Shown here piece after piece: positions 28,179-38,445 of a stretch of DNA of 64,000 nucleotides; position 1 is the first letter of the stretch, and each line of letters opens with the position of its first letter. The stretch comes from Anaerolineaceae bacterium (lineage in GTDB: Bacteria > Chloroflexota > Anaerolineae > Anaerolineales > Anaerolineaceae). The notes under the pieces are model-generated. The model was not told the origin of the DNA and made no database searches. It saw nothing but the letters and a program-made list of their open reading frames with translations. The stretch spans positions 4,806-68,805 of the forward strand of contig JAGOML010000002.1 of assembly GCA_017993575.1 (NCBI GenBank). The letters run 5' to 3'. Position numbers and translations under genes: made by a program.

Positions 28179-28212
28179 AAATGGCTCCAAAGCGGAGCCA
28201 TTTCTTATTTTT
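28179..28212 (+). terminator. Rho-independent terminator after rsfS (hairpin shared with convergent bcp)
   Basis: 10-bp stem AAATGGCTCC/GGAGCCATTT, followed by TTTCTTATTTTT. Confidence 0.75.
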
Positions 28213-28675
28213 AGCCAAGTTTCAGGTCTTGAATGATCTCCTGAGCGTGTTCCTCAGGCTTCACCTTCTCGTAAACTCCCAGAATTCTTCCCTCTTCATC
28301 AATAATAAAGGTTGTCCTAACAATCCCGTAGTACTCCTTGCCCATCATCTTTTTCAATGCCCAGACACCATAAGCTTCTGAAACAGCGTGGTCAGCGTCT
28401 GCAAGTAAAAGAAACGGCAGAGAATATTTTTCTTGAAATCCCTTGTGAGACTTGACGCTGTCGGCGCTAACTCCCAAAATCTGGAGCCCGTTCGCGCGGA
28501 ACAAGGCATAATTGTCCCGAAAATTACAGGCTTCCGTCGTACAGCCGGGTGTATTATCTTTCGGATAAAAATACAGGACTACTTTTTTACCGCGGTAATC
28601 GCTCAGTTTATGGGTGTCACCAAACTGGTCTAACAGTTCGAATTCGGGCGCAAAATCGCCAATTTTAGGGGTCAT
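28211..28675 (-). CDS. bcp: Thioredoxin-dependent peroxiredoxin Bcp
   Basis: FYPKDNTPGCTTEAC active-site motif, 154 aa. Confidence 0.9.
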   Translation of the reverse strand: MTPKIGDFAPEFELLDQFGDTHKLSDYRGKKVVLYFYPKDNTPGCTTEACNFRDNYALFRANGLQILGVSADSVKSHKGFQEKYSLPFLLLADADHAVSEAYGVWALKKMMGKEYYGIVRTTFIIDEEGRILGVYEKVKPEEHAQEIIQDLKLG

Positions 28676-28716
28676 AACTCTCCTTTAGTAAATTGTAATT
28701 TTCACTAATTAAACGT

Positions 28717-29589
28717 TCAACGCGTGAGAAACGCAAACAAAAGGATATACAAAGCCCCCAGATATTGAAAATACGCTGTGGCGCGCAGCAAGCCCCAAAA
28801 TGGTTTCAAGCCCCGCGCAATTCGTTCTAGCTGGAAGACTTCCAGCAGGCTGATAGTCACCACCAGCATTACAGGCCAAGCGATTGACCAGGAACCACTG
28901 ACAAAGAAATAAACCCCCAAGCTGAAATACGCGAAAATCAATAGCACATGGTGCAGGTTCATGGCCTTCTCCCAGCCGACGACAGTCAGGAGCGAAGGCC
29001 GTCCATTTGCTGCGTCGCCTTCATACTTTTCGAACAACAGGGCTGATGAGGATGCCAGAAACAAAAAGAACAACGGCAGACTGAGGAAAAAAAGCATGCG
29101 TTCGGTCGGGATCTTTTGCAGAACCGCGCCCAAAAACAATGTTAACGGCGTTACGACCAAGGCATCTGTGAGCCAGCGGTATGGCAGAGCCCACAAACGA
29201 ATCGAAGTAATGTGCATTAGAAGACCCACTACTAACAAAGCCAGCCATAGCCATGAATTTCCGGATAGGCCACCTTCCTGAATTAAGAAGAATAAGCAAA
29301 TAATCAAGCTGGAAAAAATAAAAAGCAAGAAAAACGACAGGTCAGGTGAGCGCATCTTGTTACTTCGGAGCGCCCTTGAAAAAATGCTGATGCGCGAACT
29401 GGTTAAATAATTGAAGGTGCGTTCCAATAAATAAACTAGCAGGAAAAATGCTAACCCGAGAAATAAAAGCACAGCATTAAATATTCCGCCCGCACGCCTT
29501 CCCAGAACAGCGCCTAATAAGTAGGTAAAGACCGCCGCTGATATGAAAAATACATCCACAGATTTCAGGATTCTTTTAATACCATCCAT
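28717..29589 (-). CDS. Hypothetical polytopic membrane protein
   Basis: 290 aa with about 8 hydrophobic segments. No catalytic motif recognised. Confidence 0.55.
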   Translation of the reverse strand: MDGIKRILKSVDVFFISAAVFTYLLGAVLGRRAGGIFNAVLLFLGLAFFLLVYLLERTFNYLTSSRISIFSRALRSNKMRSPDLSFFLLFIFSSLIICLFFLIQEGGLSGNSWLWLALLVVGLLMHITSIRLWALPYRWLTDALVVTPLTLFLGAVLQKIPTERMLFFLSLPLFFLFLASSSALLFEKYEGDAANGRPSLLTVVGWEKAMNLHHVLLIFAYFSLGVYFFVSGSWSIAWPVMLVVTISLLEVFQLERIARGLKPFWGLLRATAYFQYLGALYILLFAFLTR

Positions 29590-29646
29590 GCGCGAATTTT
29601 AGCATAAACAATTTCAAGTTCTGTTGGTTCGAATCCTGATGTTATA

Positions 29647-32346
29647 ATGATAAAAGGTCAGGCGATTGTGAAACCTACGGTTGATTTTCGCAGATATTTC
29701 CCAATTCTTGTAATTGTGCTGCTTTTAATTTCAGGCACAGGCTTAGTTCTGTCAAAAACCAAGCAGATTACTACTGTGGAGCTGCTCTCTCCTGCTGGCT
29801 GCCCATTGGACGGCTGCGCTGCTGGGCAACGATTGAATATGCGCCTGTCTTTCCCGGTGGAACCGATATACACCAGCGCCGAGAATGTTATGGTTTGCGT
29901 GACCTCCACCGGAGGCTCGGACAATCCTGCATTAATCCCCTTCACGGATTACGCTACCGGGACGATTTCGCAAAAAGGTCTGGTGAGCAATGTAAGTTAC
30001 TCATCCATCGAGAATTGCGGCGGGAATAGTTTTGCTGGCGAGAATCTTGTGGTAAGTGTCCAGGCGTTGCACACTGTCAGCGTTGCGGACCAACTCAATC
30101 TTGCCCTGCGTTTGAACAAGCTGGCGGTTCAGAATGGCTCCATCCGAATTCATGTTTTCGAGAAAGATGCTTCAGGTGCGTGGTTTGAACAAAGCAGCGC
30201 GTTGCTGGCACTAAACCTAGCTCCATCACAGGTATCCACCGCCTATGTTGCGGCAGACAGTGGGGCATGCAGCCTTAAGAAACCCTGTTTCATCAATAGT
30301 GGAGATGATTTATCCGGTGGTTTGGGCACTGGGTTAAAGGATGCTTTGGATGCTTTGCCTAATGGCGCCAGCGCTTCGCCAGTGTATATCAACATTCTCG
30401 GAACATATCCGATTAAATCAAATGAAGTCCTGGTTAATCGACCATTTTTTGTTCTGCAAGGGACCGGCACAAGCGTTCTCACTTCCACCGGTAGTACTTG
30501 TTCGGCGCCCATGTTAGGAATTACCAGCCAGGTCACTGTCCAGAAATTGAGTATTAATGATGGCGAGTGCAATACCGTTTCCAGGAATTTACTGCGGGTA
30601 AACAGCAGCCTGCCGGTCACTATTCAAAACAATACGCTACAGCAAGGCGCGCACGCCATCATTTTTGAGGACAACAGCGGTAATCTGCTGGTCCAGTTCA
30701 ATCACATCACCAATAATATTGGCAACGCCATCCGCAGAATTGGATTTACTGGAACTGGCTCTCTCAAAGCCGTGGCAAACAACATCCTCAACAACGCCTG
30801 GTCCACGCAAGTTGAATGCGGCACCCCTTCTTTAGGTCTTGTTGACCACAACTATTGGGGTCCGGGTTTGTCACCAGAAACTGGTGCCGCAAATTGCGCT
30901 TTTTCGCAGGGCAGTCAGCTTGGCGCAGCGATAATGACGCAGCAAGCTGGCGTATCAGGGCAGCTTGTGCAGGTTACAACAACTGCAACGAGCTTATTCG
31001 GCTCTGCGCTAACCGTCAGCCGCAGCGCTGGTGAAGATTATTGGCTTTATGTGGTTGACCATGGCCAGGGCGTCTCGTCGAATGTGCCTTTTGTTGGTTA
31101 CGGCACGGATCCCATTACCCCCTGCGGTAGCTTTTACGACATCTTCCTCGGTTCCACGCCTGGTACTTCGGCCGACCTGGTAGCAGCTTTTAAATACAAC
31201 CTGAACAGCTCCTGTCAGGCAGCGATTGAATCCCAAACTTACTGTGGTCAACCGGATACACCACAGAACTACCCGCTTTGGTGGTTTGACCCAAAAGCCT
31301 CTGTAACCGATAAATGGGATAAAGTTGGCGAAGCGCCTCAGGGCAGCGGGGCTGGCGGCGCTAGTGGCCAAGCCGTTCAATGTGACTTAAATCTGAAAAC
31401 TATTACGATGACCTTGGATACTACAGGGCGTCCAAATCTTACTCAGGATCTTAATCAAACGCCCTTCATTGTTGGCTTGCCGCTGCCATTGGGCGTTCAA
31501 TTAACCCAGGAAGGCTTTACAGGCGCCTACAAGATCAACCAGGCGGACCTGACCTGGACGACACTTAGCGAGAATAATGTTGGAGGTTTCCACATTCTAC
31601 GCAGCGAAAACAATGCCGGGCCTTTCTTCCGTATCTCCGGATTGATTCCTGCTGTTGGCAATCCCTTCCTGGGTGGAATCTACACCTACACCGATACGAC
31701 AGTCCAGTTTGGCAAAACCTACTATTACAAACTGGAAGTAGTAGATAGCGAAGGACTCACGATTCAACTGTTTGGTCCGGTCACCATCAATAGCGCGACC
31801 CAGACGCCGACAACTACGCTGACACTTACCCCAACCCACACGCTGACCCCGACAAGAACTGGTTCTGTAACACTGACGCCGACCAGGACAAATACCCGAA
31901 CTTCCACACCCACACGGACGCCCTATGTTTACCGCTCTCCAACCAGTCGATATCAAACAAACACCCCGGTTATCGTTCGCACAGCAACTTCACGCTTCCC
32001 TACCCCTACTGGTTTAGTCACAGGCACGCAAACCGGCTTCCCAAGCCCCATGCCGACTCAAACTGGACAATCAGAACCCTATCCCATAGGGACGCCTGCT
32101 CCTGTGAGAACAGAAGGGTCCCCTGCACCTGATATTAATTTCACTCAAACTGTGGAAACGAGCGCAACCAACGAGGTTGTGGTTCTGCCGACGAATACAG
32201 CCACAGCGACTGATGTGACAGGCGGTCAAGAATTGGACAAAACCGATCGGTACCAGACCAGGGTTCTTTGGGTTGTACCATTGTTAGTCTTGCTGACTGC
32301 CTCGGCTGCTGGTTTATTCATCTGGTGGAAACGCCGTAAGTCCTGA
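29647..32346 (+). CDS. Large cell-surface protein: N-terminal signal anchor, right-handed beta-helix repeats, FN3-like domain, Thr/Pro-rich stalk, C-terminal TM anchor
   Basis: PbH1-like repeats (IQNNTLQQGAHAIIF, FNHITNNIGNAIRRIG, VANNILNNAW). FN3-like segment (GGFHILRSENNAGPF..YTYTDTTVQFGKTYYYKLEVVD). TPT-rich region. The protein ends ..VLWVVPLLVLLTASAAGLFIWWKRRKS. The in-frame GTG at 29668 is an alternative start. Confidence 0.75.
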   Translation: MIKGQAIVKPTVDFRRYFPILVIVLLLISGTGLVLSKTKQITTVELLSPAGCPLDGCAAGQRLNMRLSFPVEPIYTSAENVMVCVTSTGGSDNPALIPFTDYATGTISQKGLVSNVSYSSIENCGGNSFAGENLVVSVQALHTVSVADQLNLALRLNKLAVQNGSIRIHVFEKDASGAWFEQSSALLALNLAPSQVSTAYVAADSGACSLKKPCFINSGDDLSGGLGTGLKDALDALPNGASASPVYINILGTYPIKSNEVLVNRPFFVLQGTGTSVLTSTGSTCSAPMLGITSQVTVQKLSINDGECNTVSRNLLRVNSSLPVTIQNNTLQQGAHAIIFEDNSGNLLVQFNHITNNIGNAIRRIGFTGTGSLKAVANNILNNAWSTQVECGTPSLGLVDHNYWGPGLSPETGAANCAFSQGSQLGAAIMTQQAGVSGQLVQVTTTATSLFGSALTVSRSAGEDYWLYVVDHGQGVSSNVPFVGYGTDPITPCGSFYDIFLGSTPGTSADLVAAFKYNLNSSCQAAIESQTYCGQPDTPQNYPLWWFDPKASVTDKWDKVGEAPQGSGAGGASGQAVQCDLNLKTITMTLDTTGRPNLTQDLNQTPFIVGLPLPLGVQLTQEGFTGAYKINQADLTWTTLSENNVGGFHILRSENNAGPFFRISGLIPAVGNPFLGGIYTYTDTTVQFGKTYYYKLEVVDSEGLTIQLFGPVTINSATQTPTTTLTLTPTHTLTPTRTGSVTLTPTRTNTRTSTPTRTPYVYRSPTSRYQTNTPVIVRTATSRFPTPTGLVTGTQTGFPSPMPTQTGQSEPYPIGTPAPVRTEGSPAPDINFTQTVETSATNEVVVLPTNTATATDVTGGQELDKTDRYQTRVLWVVPLLVLLTASAAGLFIWWKRRKS
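31798..31923 (+). repeat. Low-complexity ACN/CCN (Thr/Pro) coding repeat inside the surface-protein gene
   Basis: Encodes TQTPTTTLTLTPTHTLTPTRTGSVTLTPTRTNTRTSTPTRTP. Confidence 0.8.
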
Positions 32347-32424
32347 TATTTTCCTCTTTTTTTGACTTTTCATATTGATTATGCTATTCTATGGTTCAAA
32401 TTTCGGAACCAACAGGATATTTCT

Positions 32425-33264
32425 ATGCAACGGGAACGAGTCTCAGAAAATGTTTATTGGTTTCAAAGTGAGTTCTATGCTCAGGTTACCGCGGGGGCAG
32501 TTATCGGTCCGCAATGGGCTGTTTTGATTGACACCCTCATTCCCCAGGAAACAACCCAAATTAAAGAATTCTTGGAAAACGACCTGATGGTGCCGGTCCG
32601 TTACATTGTAGACACGCACCATCACGCGGACCACAGCTGGGGAAATTCCTATTTTCCTGAGGCGATAGTAATTGGCCATTCACTCTGTCGGGAATTAATG
32701 CTGACAAAAAGCCGGAGCGCCCTGGAAGAAGCCGGGCAGGATAATCCTTTCTTACGCGAGATTGCCATTGTTCCCCCCCAAATTACTTTTTCCGAAGGCA
32801 GTATAAGCTTGCGCGTGGGGAAAAAACAGCTCCAAATATTCAGGACGCCTGGCCATACCGCAGACAGTATTTCAGTTTTAGTAGAAGAAGACCGGATCCT
32901 CTTTGCCGGTGACGCCTTTATGGCCGTTCCATTTATTGTTGGTGGGAACCTGGATGAAGCGGTTCGGACGATCAGCGATATTGGCAAGATGAGCCTTGAG
33001 AATATTGTCCAGGGACATGGCGATATCATCCTGCGCGGTGAAATTGAGGACGCTACCACCTCCAATCTGGCTTACCTGCGCAGCATCCAAAAGCTTGCCA
33101 AGGCAGCCGCCCGCAGAAGGGACCCTTTGCAATTTCTTCAAGCCCAGGATATCGAATCAAGTGGAAAAAGTAGGGTTAGCCTAGGTGGGGTCGCGGAAGA
33201 ATTGCATCAAAACAACCTGCGTGCATTATTAAAAGACATACTCCGGGAACGCAGCGCTGGTTAA
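32425..33264 (+). CDS. MBL-fold metallo-hydrolase
   Basis: HHHADHSWGN (HxHxDH) and TPGHTADS motifs. ATG at 32425 is preferred over the upstream TTG. Confidence 0.85.
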   Translation: MQRERVSENVYWFQSEFYAQVTAGAVIGPQWAVLIDTLIPQETTQIKEFLENDLMVPVRYIVDTHHHADHSWGNSYFPEAIVIGHSLCRELMLTKSRSALEEAGQDNPFLREIAIVPPQITFSEGSISLRVGKKQLQIFRTPGHTADSISVLVEEDRILFAGDAFMAVPFIVGGNLDEAVRTISDIGKMSLENIVQGHGDIILRGEIEDATTSNLAYLRSIQKLAKAAARRRDPLQFLQAQDIESSGKSRVSLGGVAEELHQNNLRALLKDILRERSAG

Positions 33265-33267
33265 ACT

Positions 33268-34101
33268 TTATAACCTTGCCACCAGAATTATCATACTGAC
33301 ACAGAGCAAGATCATCAACGCGGGCTCCACCAGGAGCTCGCGAATTTTTAATTTTTGAATAATCCCGCACGCCAGGCTGATCAGGATGTACAACAAGGCA
33401 GTTATTAGCAGCGCATACTGCAGTGGATTCAGAAAAAAGTACTGAAATCCCACAGCGATTTGCCCTGCAAGAAGGCTGATGATGAGCACGTACTCAGGCT
33501 TCCATCCACCCTGCGTGCGAAGGTTTATCGTGCGCAGACTGATAAATGCGGCGGCAAAAACAATCAGGGGAATAATGACGTATAAGCGCATTCTACCGGT
33601 GCGCAGCACCACAGCCAGGATGAGGAACAGACCGTGGGAAAGCCCTATTAAGCCGAGCGAAGCCAGCGGATGCGTCTCGAAGCGCAGGTCCAAAACGTTA
33701 TACTCAGCCACTAAAACCAAGCCAAAGAGAGCGGACCCAAGCACATAAACCACCCACCAGACATTATTGCGCGCCATTTCCCTGAGCGTGAAGCTTAGGA
33801 TGAAGATGCTTAAAGCAGGCAGAACCACATTCGGTACAAGCTTCAAGAGGCCGCGAGGGTTTTCCTGCAGATGCGGGTGGCTTCGCAGCACCCATAGAGA
33901 TCCGGCAGTTGCTATTATTGCAATCAGGAAGGGGAAAAAAGAAAAAAGATTGAAATCAATCCTGAAGTAAACGCCAAAAATATTGGTAGTGCTCTCATTT
34001 ACTGAAGGCGGCATTGCATAAGTCAGCCCTAACAGCAGTGTCGATAAAGCGGTAACAAGGCTTAATCTATTGAGATCCGGCAAGTATTTGTTGAACGCCA
34101 T
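33268..34101 (-). CDS. Hypothetical polytopic membrane protein
   Basis: 277 aa with about 8 TM segments. No recognisable motif. Confidence 0.55.
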   Translation of the reverse strand: MAFNKYLPDLNRLSLVTALSTLLLGLTYAMPPSVNESTTNIFGVYFRIDFNLFSFFPFLIAIIATAGSLWVLRSHPHLQENPRGLLKLVPNVVLPALSIFILSFTLREMARNNVWWVVYVLGSALFGLVLVAEYNVLDLRFETHPLASLGLIGLSHGLFLILAVVLRTGRMRLYVIIPLIVFAAAFISLRTINLRTQGGWKPEYVLIISLLAGQIAVGFQYFFLNPLQYALLITALLYILISLACGIIQKLKIRELLVEPALMILLCVSMIILVARL

Positions 34102-34156
34102 AACTAAATTTTATCATTGAGTGCAGGATAAGTTAGAAGAGGGAAATTTATAAAAG

Positions 34157-34165
34157 TGGTATAAT
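34157..34165 (+). promoter_or_regulatory. Candidate extended -10 (TGGTATAAT) for the 34175 gene
   Basis: Consensus TGnTATAAT ending 9 nt before the ATG at 34175, with no SD in between. Confidence 0.45.
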
Positions 34166-34174
34166 TAATCGGTT

Positions 34175-35161
34175 ATGGATAACAGACTAGTTTTTCAAAA
34201 GCAGCCGAACGTTTTTACCGCGATAGCCGCCGGTTTTAAGACCCTTGGCGAGCACCTCTATCTGCTTAGCTTTCCGCTGGTACTGGACATTTTCCTGCTC
34301 TACGCTCCGCGTTACACGGTTTCAACGCTTGTCAGCAGTTTTCTTGCTCAATTCAACCCACTTGCTGAAGCCACTTCGGAGCTGCAGCAGCTCTGGACGG
34401 AAATTAGCGCTTCGCTGAACACATTTTTCCAATCGTACAGCGTAAGCTCCGCCTTGAGGTCTTATCCTTTAGGAGTTCCTAGCCTGCTTTCCAGCCAGGT
34501 GTTTATGGAGAATCCCTTTGGCCCGCTCCCGGAAATCGCGCTGAACTCGGAAGGAAAAGCGTTGGCTTTTTTGCTGCTTTTCGGTGTAATCGGCGCAGTC
34601 CTTGGCGCGGTTAACTTCAACGTTTGCAGCCTGCCCACATTCAAGGAAGCGAAAAAACAAGACACAAAAGCCCTGCTAAAGGTAATCGCCAACCTTGTGC
34701 TGCTTCCCTTGCTATTCTGGGCGCTTCTGTTGGCCGTCTTAATCCCGGTCAGTCTCATCGTGAGCGTGCTGAGCTTGCTGCATCCCTTTCTTGGCTTACT
34801 AGCGTACTTTTTTACGGCAATGGTGCTGATTTCCGTGTTTTTACCAGCCTTGTTTGCTCCACACGCCGTTCTGGTGCTTAATCTAAACGTTTGGCAAAGC
34901 ATCCGCGCCAGCATCCGCCTAATTAGACCTTACTACTCCGCGACTTCATTGTTTGTGATTCTGGCGGTTCTCACTTCTTATCTGACTAATTTACTTTGGC
35001 AAACCGCCGGCGCTGATTCCCGCATGGTGTTTGTCGGGATCTTCGGGCACGCGCTGGTCAGCAGCGCGCTCCTAATCGCCAGCTTTCATTATTTCATACG
35101 CGTACTTGAACTTACGCAGGAGCATGAACTGGCGCAAGAAACACCGGAATCATCGCTCTGA
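34175..35161 (+). CDS. Hypothetical polytopic membrane protein
   Basis: 328 aa with 6-7 TM segments. Ends 18 nt before gyrB. Confidence 0.55.
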   Translation: MDNRLVFQKQPNVFTAIAAGFKTLGEHLYLLSFPLVLDIFLLYAPRYTVSTLVSSFLAQFNPLAEATSELQQLWTEISASLNTFFQSYSVSSALRSYPLGVPSLLSSQVFMENPFGPLPEIALNSEGKALAFLLLFGVIGAVLGAVNFNVCSLPTFKEAKKQDTKALLKVIANLVLLPLLFWALLLAVLIPVSLIVSVLSLLHPFLGLLAYFFTAMVLISVFLPALFAPHAVLVLNLNVWQSIRASIRLIRPYYSATSLFVILAVLTSYLTNLLWQTAGADSRMVFVGIFGHALVSSALLIASFHYFIRVLELTQEHELAQETPESSL

Positions 35162-37090
<1,929 letters not shown>

Positions 37091-37126
37091 TTTTTGCGAG
37101 CCGGCCGCATTACGTGGTGACTGCTG

Positions 37127-38326
37127 ATGGAACGCAAAATCCTGCACCTGGACCTGGACGCGTTTTTTTGCGCGGTCGAAGAACTGCTTGACCCAAGCCT
37201 GAAAGGCAAGGCGTTTGCCGTAGGCGGCAGCCCCAACTCCCGCGGTGTAGTCTCGTCCTGCTCATATCCTGCCCGGTTATTTGGCGTGCGCTCCGCCATG
37301 CCTATGGGCCGCGCACTTTCGCTTTGCCCTCATCTGATTATCGTTCATCATCGCTTTGGCATATATAGCGAGACCTCTGATAAAGTCATGGCCATATTGA
37401 GGGATTACACGCCACTTTTTCAGCAGGTCTCGGTAGATGAGGCCTTTTTGGATGTAAGCGACCTGCCGCAGCCCAACGGAGCTATCGCGCGGGATATGCA
37501 GCAGCGAATTGATTGCGAATTACAGTTGCCCTGCTCCATTGGCGCGGCGACCAATAAGCTCGTAGCGAAGGTCGCCAATGATGTTGGCAAAAGCCGCGTC
37601 CGAACTGGGAAAGCTCCACGGCAGATTACTGTTGTCCCGCCAGGAACCGAAGCAGATTTCCTTGCGCCGCTGGATGTGCAAGCGCTTTGGGGGATCGGCC
37701 CGAAAACCGCGGAGCGACTGCATTCAAGGGCAGTCCATACCATCGGTCAGCTTGCAAACCTCCCACTGCCCGAATTGGAGTATTTTTTTGGAAAAAACGC
37801 TCGGGAAATCCAGGAAAAAGCGCGTGGGATTGACCATTCCCTGGTGCACAGCGAGAGGGATGTTAAATCGCTCAGCAATGAGGTTACTTTCTCTACAGAT
37901 ACCTGCGATTTAGAGCAGCTGCTGGCCACACTGCGCCGCCTTAGCGATAAAGTTGGATACCGCATGCGTCAGGCAAGTCTGATGGGCGGTGTTGTGCAGA
38001 TAAAACTCCGTTATGAGGACTTTACCACGCTGACGAGGCAAACAGCGCTCGCGAACCCCACTAATTTGGATGACGAGATTTTCACCGCCGCTCAAAACCT
38101 GCTGTTGGCAACATTAATTCCGGGTCGCTTGGTGCGCCTCATAGGCGTGGGGGTCAGCCAGCTCACGGAACCTTATCAGCAGCTCGCCTTGTGGGATGAT
38201 TCGCGCAGTCAAAAAGAGCAGCTCGCGCTTGCAATTGACGCGCTTAACGAAAAGTACGGAAAGAATATTATTACGCGGGGAATCGACGTAAAAAAGACTC
38301 CTAAATCTGGTGGCAAAAAGGTTTGA
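37127..38326 (+). CDS. dinB: DNA polymerase IV (Y-family)
   Basis: ILHLDLDAFFCAVEEL, SVDEAFLDV and SIGAATNKLVAKVA motifs. Confidence 0.95.
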   Translation: MERKILHLDLDAFFCAVEELLDPSLKGKAFAVGGSPNSRGVVSSCSYPARLFGVRSAMPMGRALSLCPHLIIVHHRFGIYSETSDKVMAILRDYTPLFQQVSVDEAFLDVSDLPQPNGAIARDMQQRIDCELQLPCSIGAATNKLVAKVANDVGKSRVRTGKAPRQITVVPPGTEADFLAPLDVQALWGIGPKTAERLHSRAVHTIGQLANLPLPELEYFFGKNAREIQEKARGIDHSLVHSERDVKSLSNEVTFSTDTCDLEQLLATLRRLSDKVGYRMRQASLMGGVVQIKLRYEDFTTLTRQTALANPTNLDDEIFTAAQNLLLATLIPGRLVRLIGVGVSQLTEPYQQLALWDDSRSQKEQLALAIDALNEKYGKNIITRGIDVKKTPKSGGKKV

Positions 38327-38350
38327 TAATTTTCTAAGCTTTGGTATAAT
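38323..38350 (+). promoter_or_regulatory. Candidate promoter for tRNA-Thr
   Basis: TTGATA (38323-38328), a 16-nt spacer, then TGG-TATAAT (38345-38350). The tRNA 5' end is 10 nt downstream of the hexamer. Confidence 0.55.
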
Positions 38351-38359
38351 CCGACGCAC

Positions 38360-38432
38360 GCCAACGTAGCTCAGTCGGTAGAGCAGACGCTTCGTAAGCG
38401 CCCGGTCGAGGGTTCGAATCCCCCCGTTGGCT
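38360..38432 (+). tRNA. tRNA-Thr (anticodon CGT)
   Basis: Hand-folded cloverleaf: acceptor GCCAACG/CGTTGGC, D arm GCTC..GAGC, anticodon loop TTCGTAA, T loop TTCGAAT. One A-C mismatch each in the anticodon stem and the T stem. Confidence 0.85.
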
Positions 38433-38445
38433 TTTTTTCTTTTAA

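Noticed and set aside
32170-32346. LPXTG-like sortase signal (VLPTNTATA) in the surface protein
   Set aside because: The motif lies about 25 residues before the hydrophobic helix and lacks the TG dipeptide, so it is not a convincing sortase site.
37091-37126. LexA (Cheo-type GAAC-N4-GTTC) operator upstream of dinB, and also upstream of the helicase triad at 40552-40734
   Set aside because: Neither gap contains such a palindrome. The phylum-specific LexA motif is unknown to me, so SOS control is not excluded.
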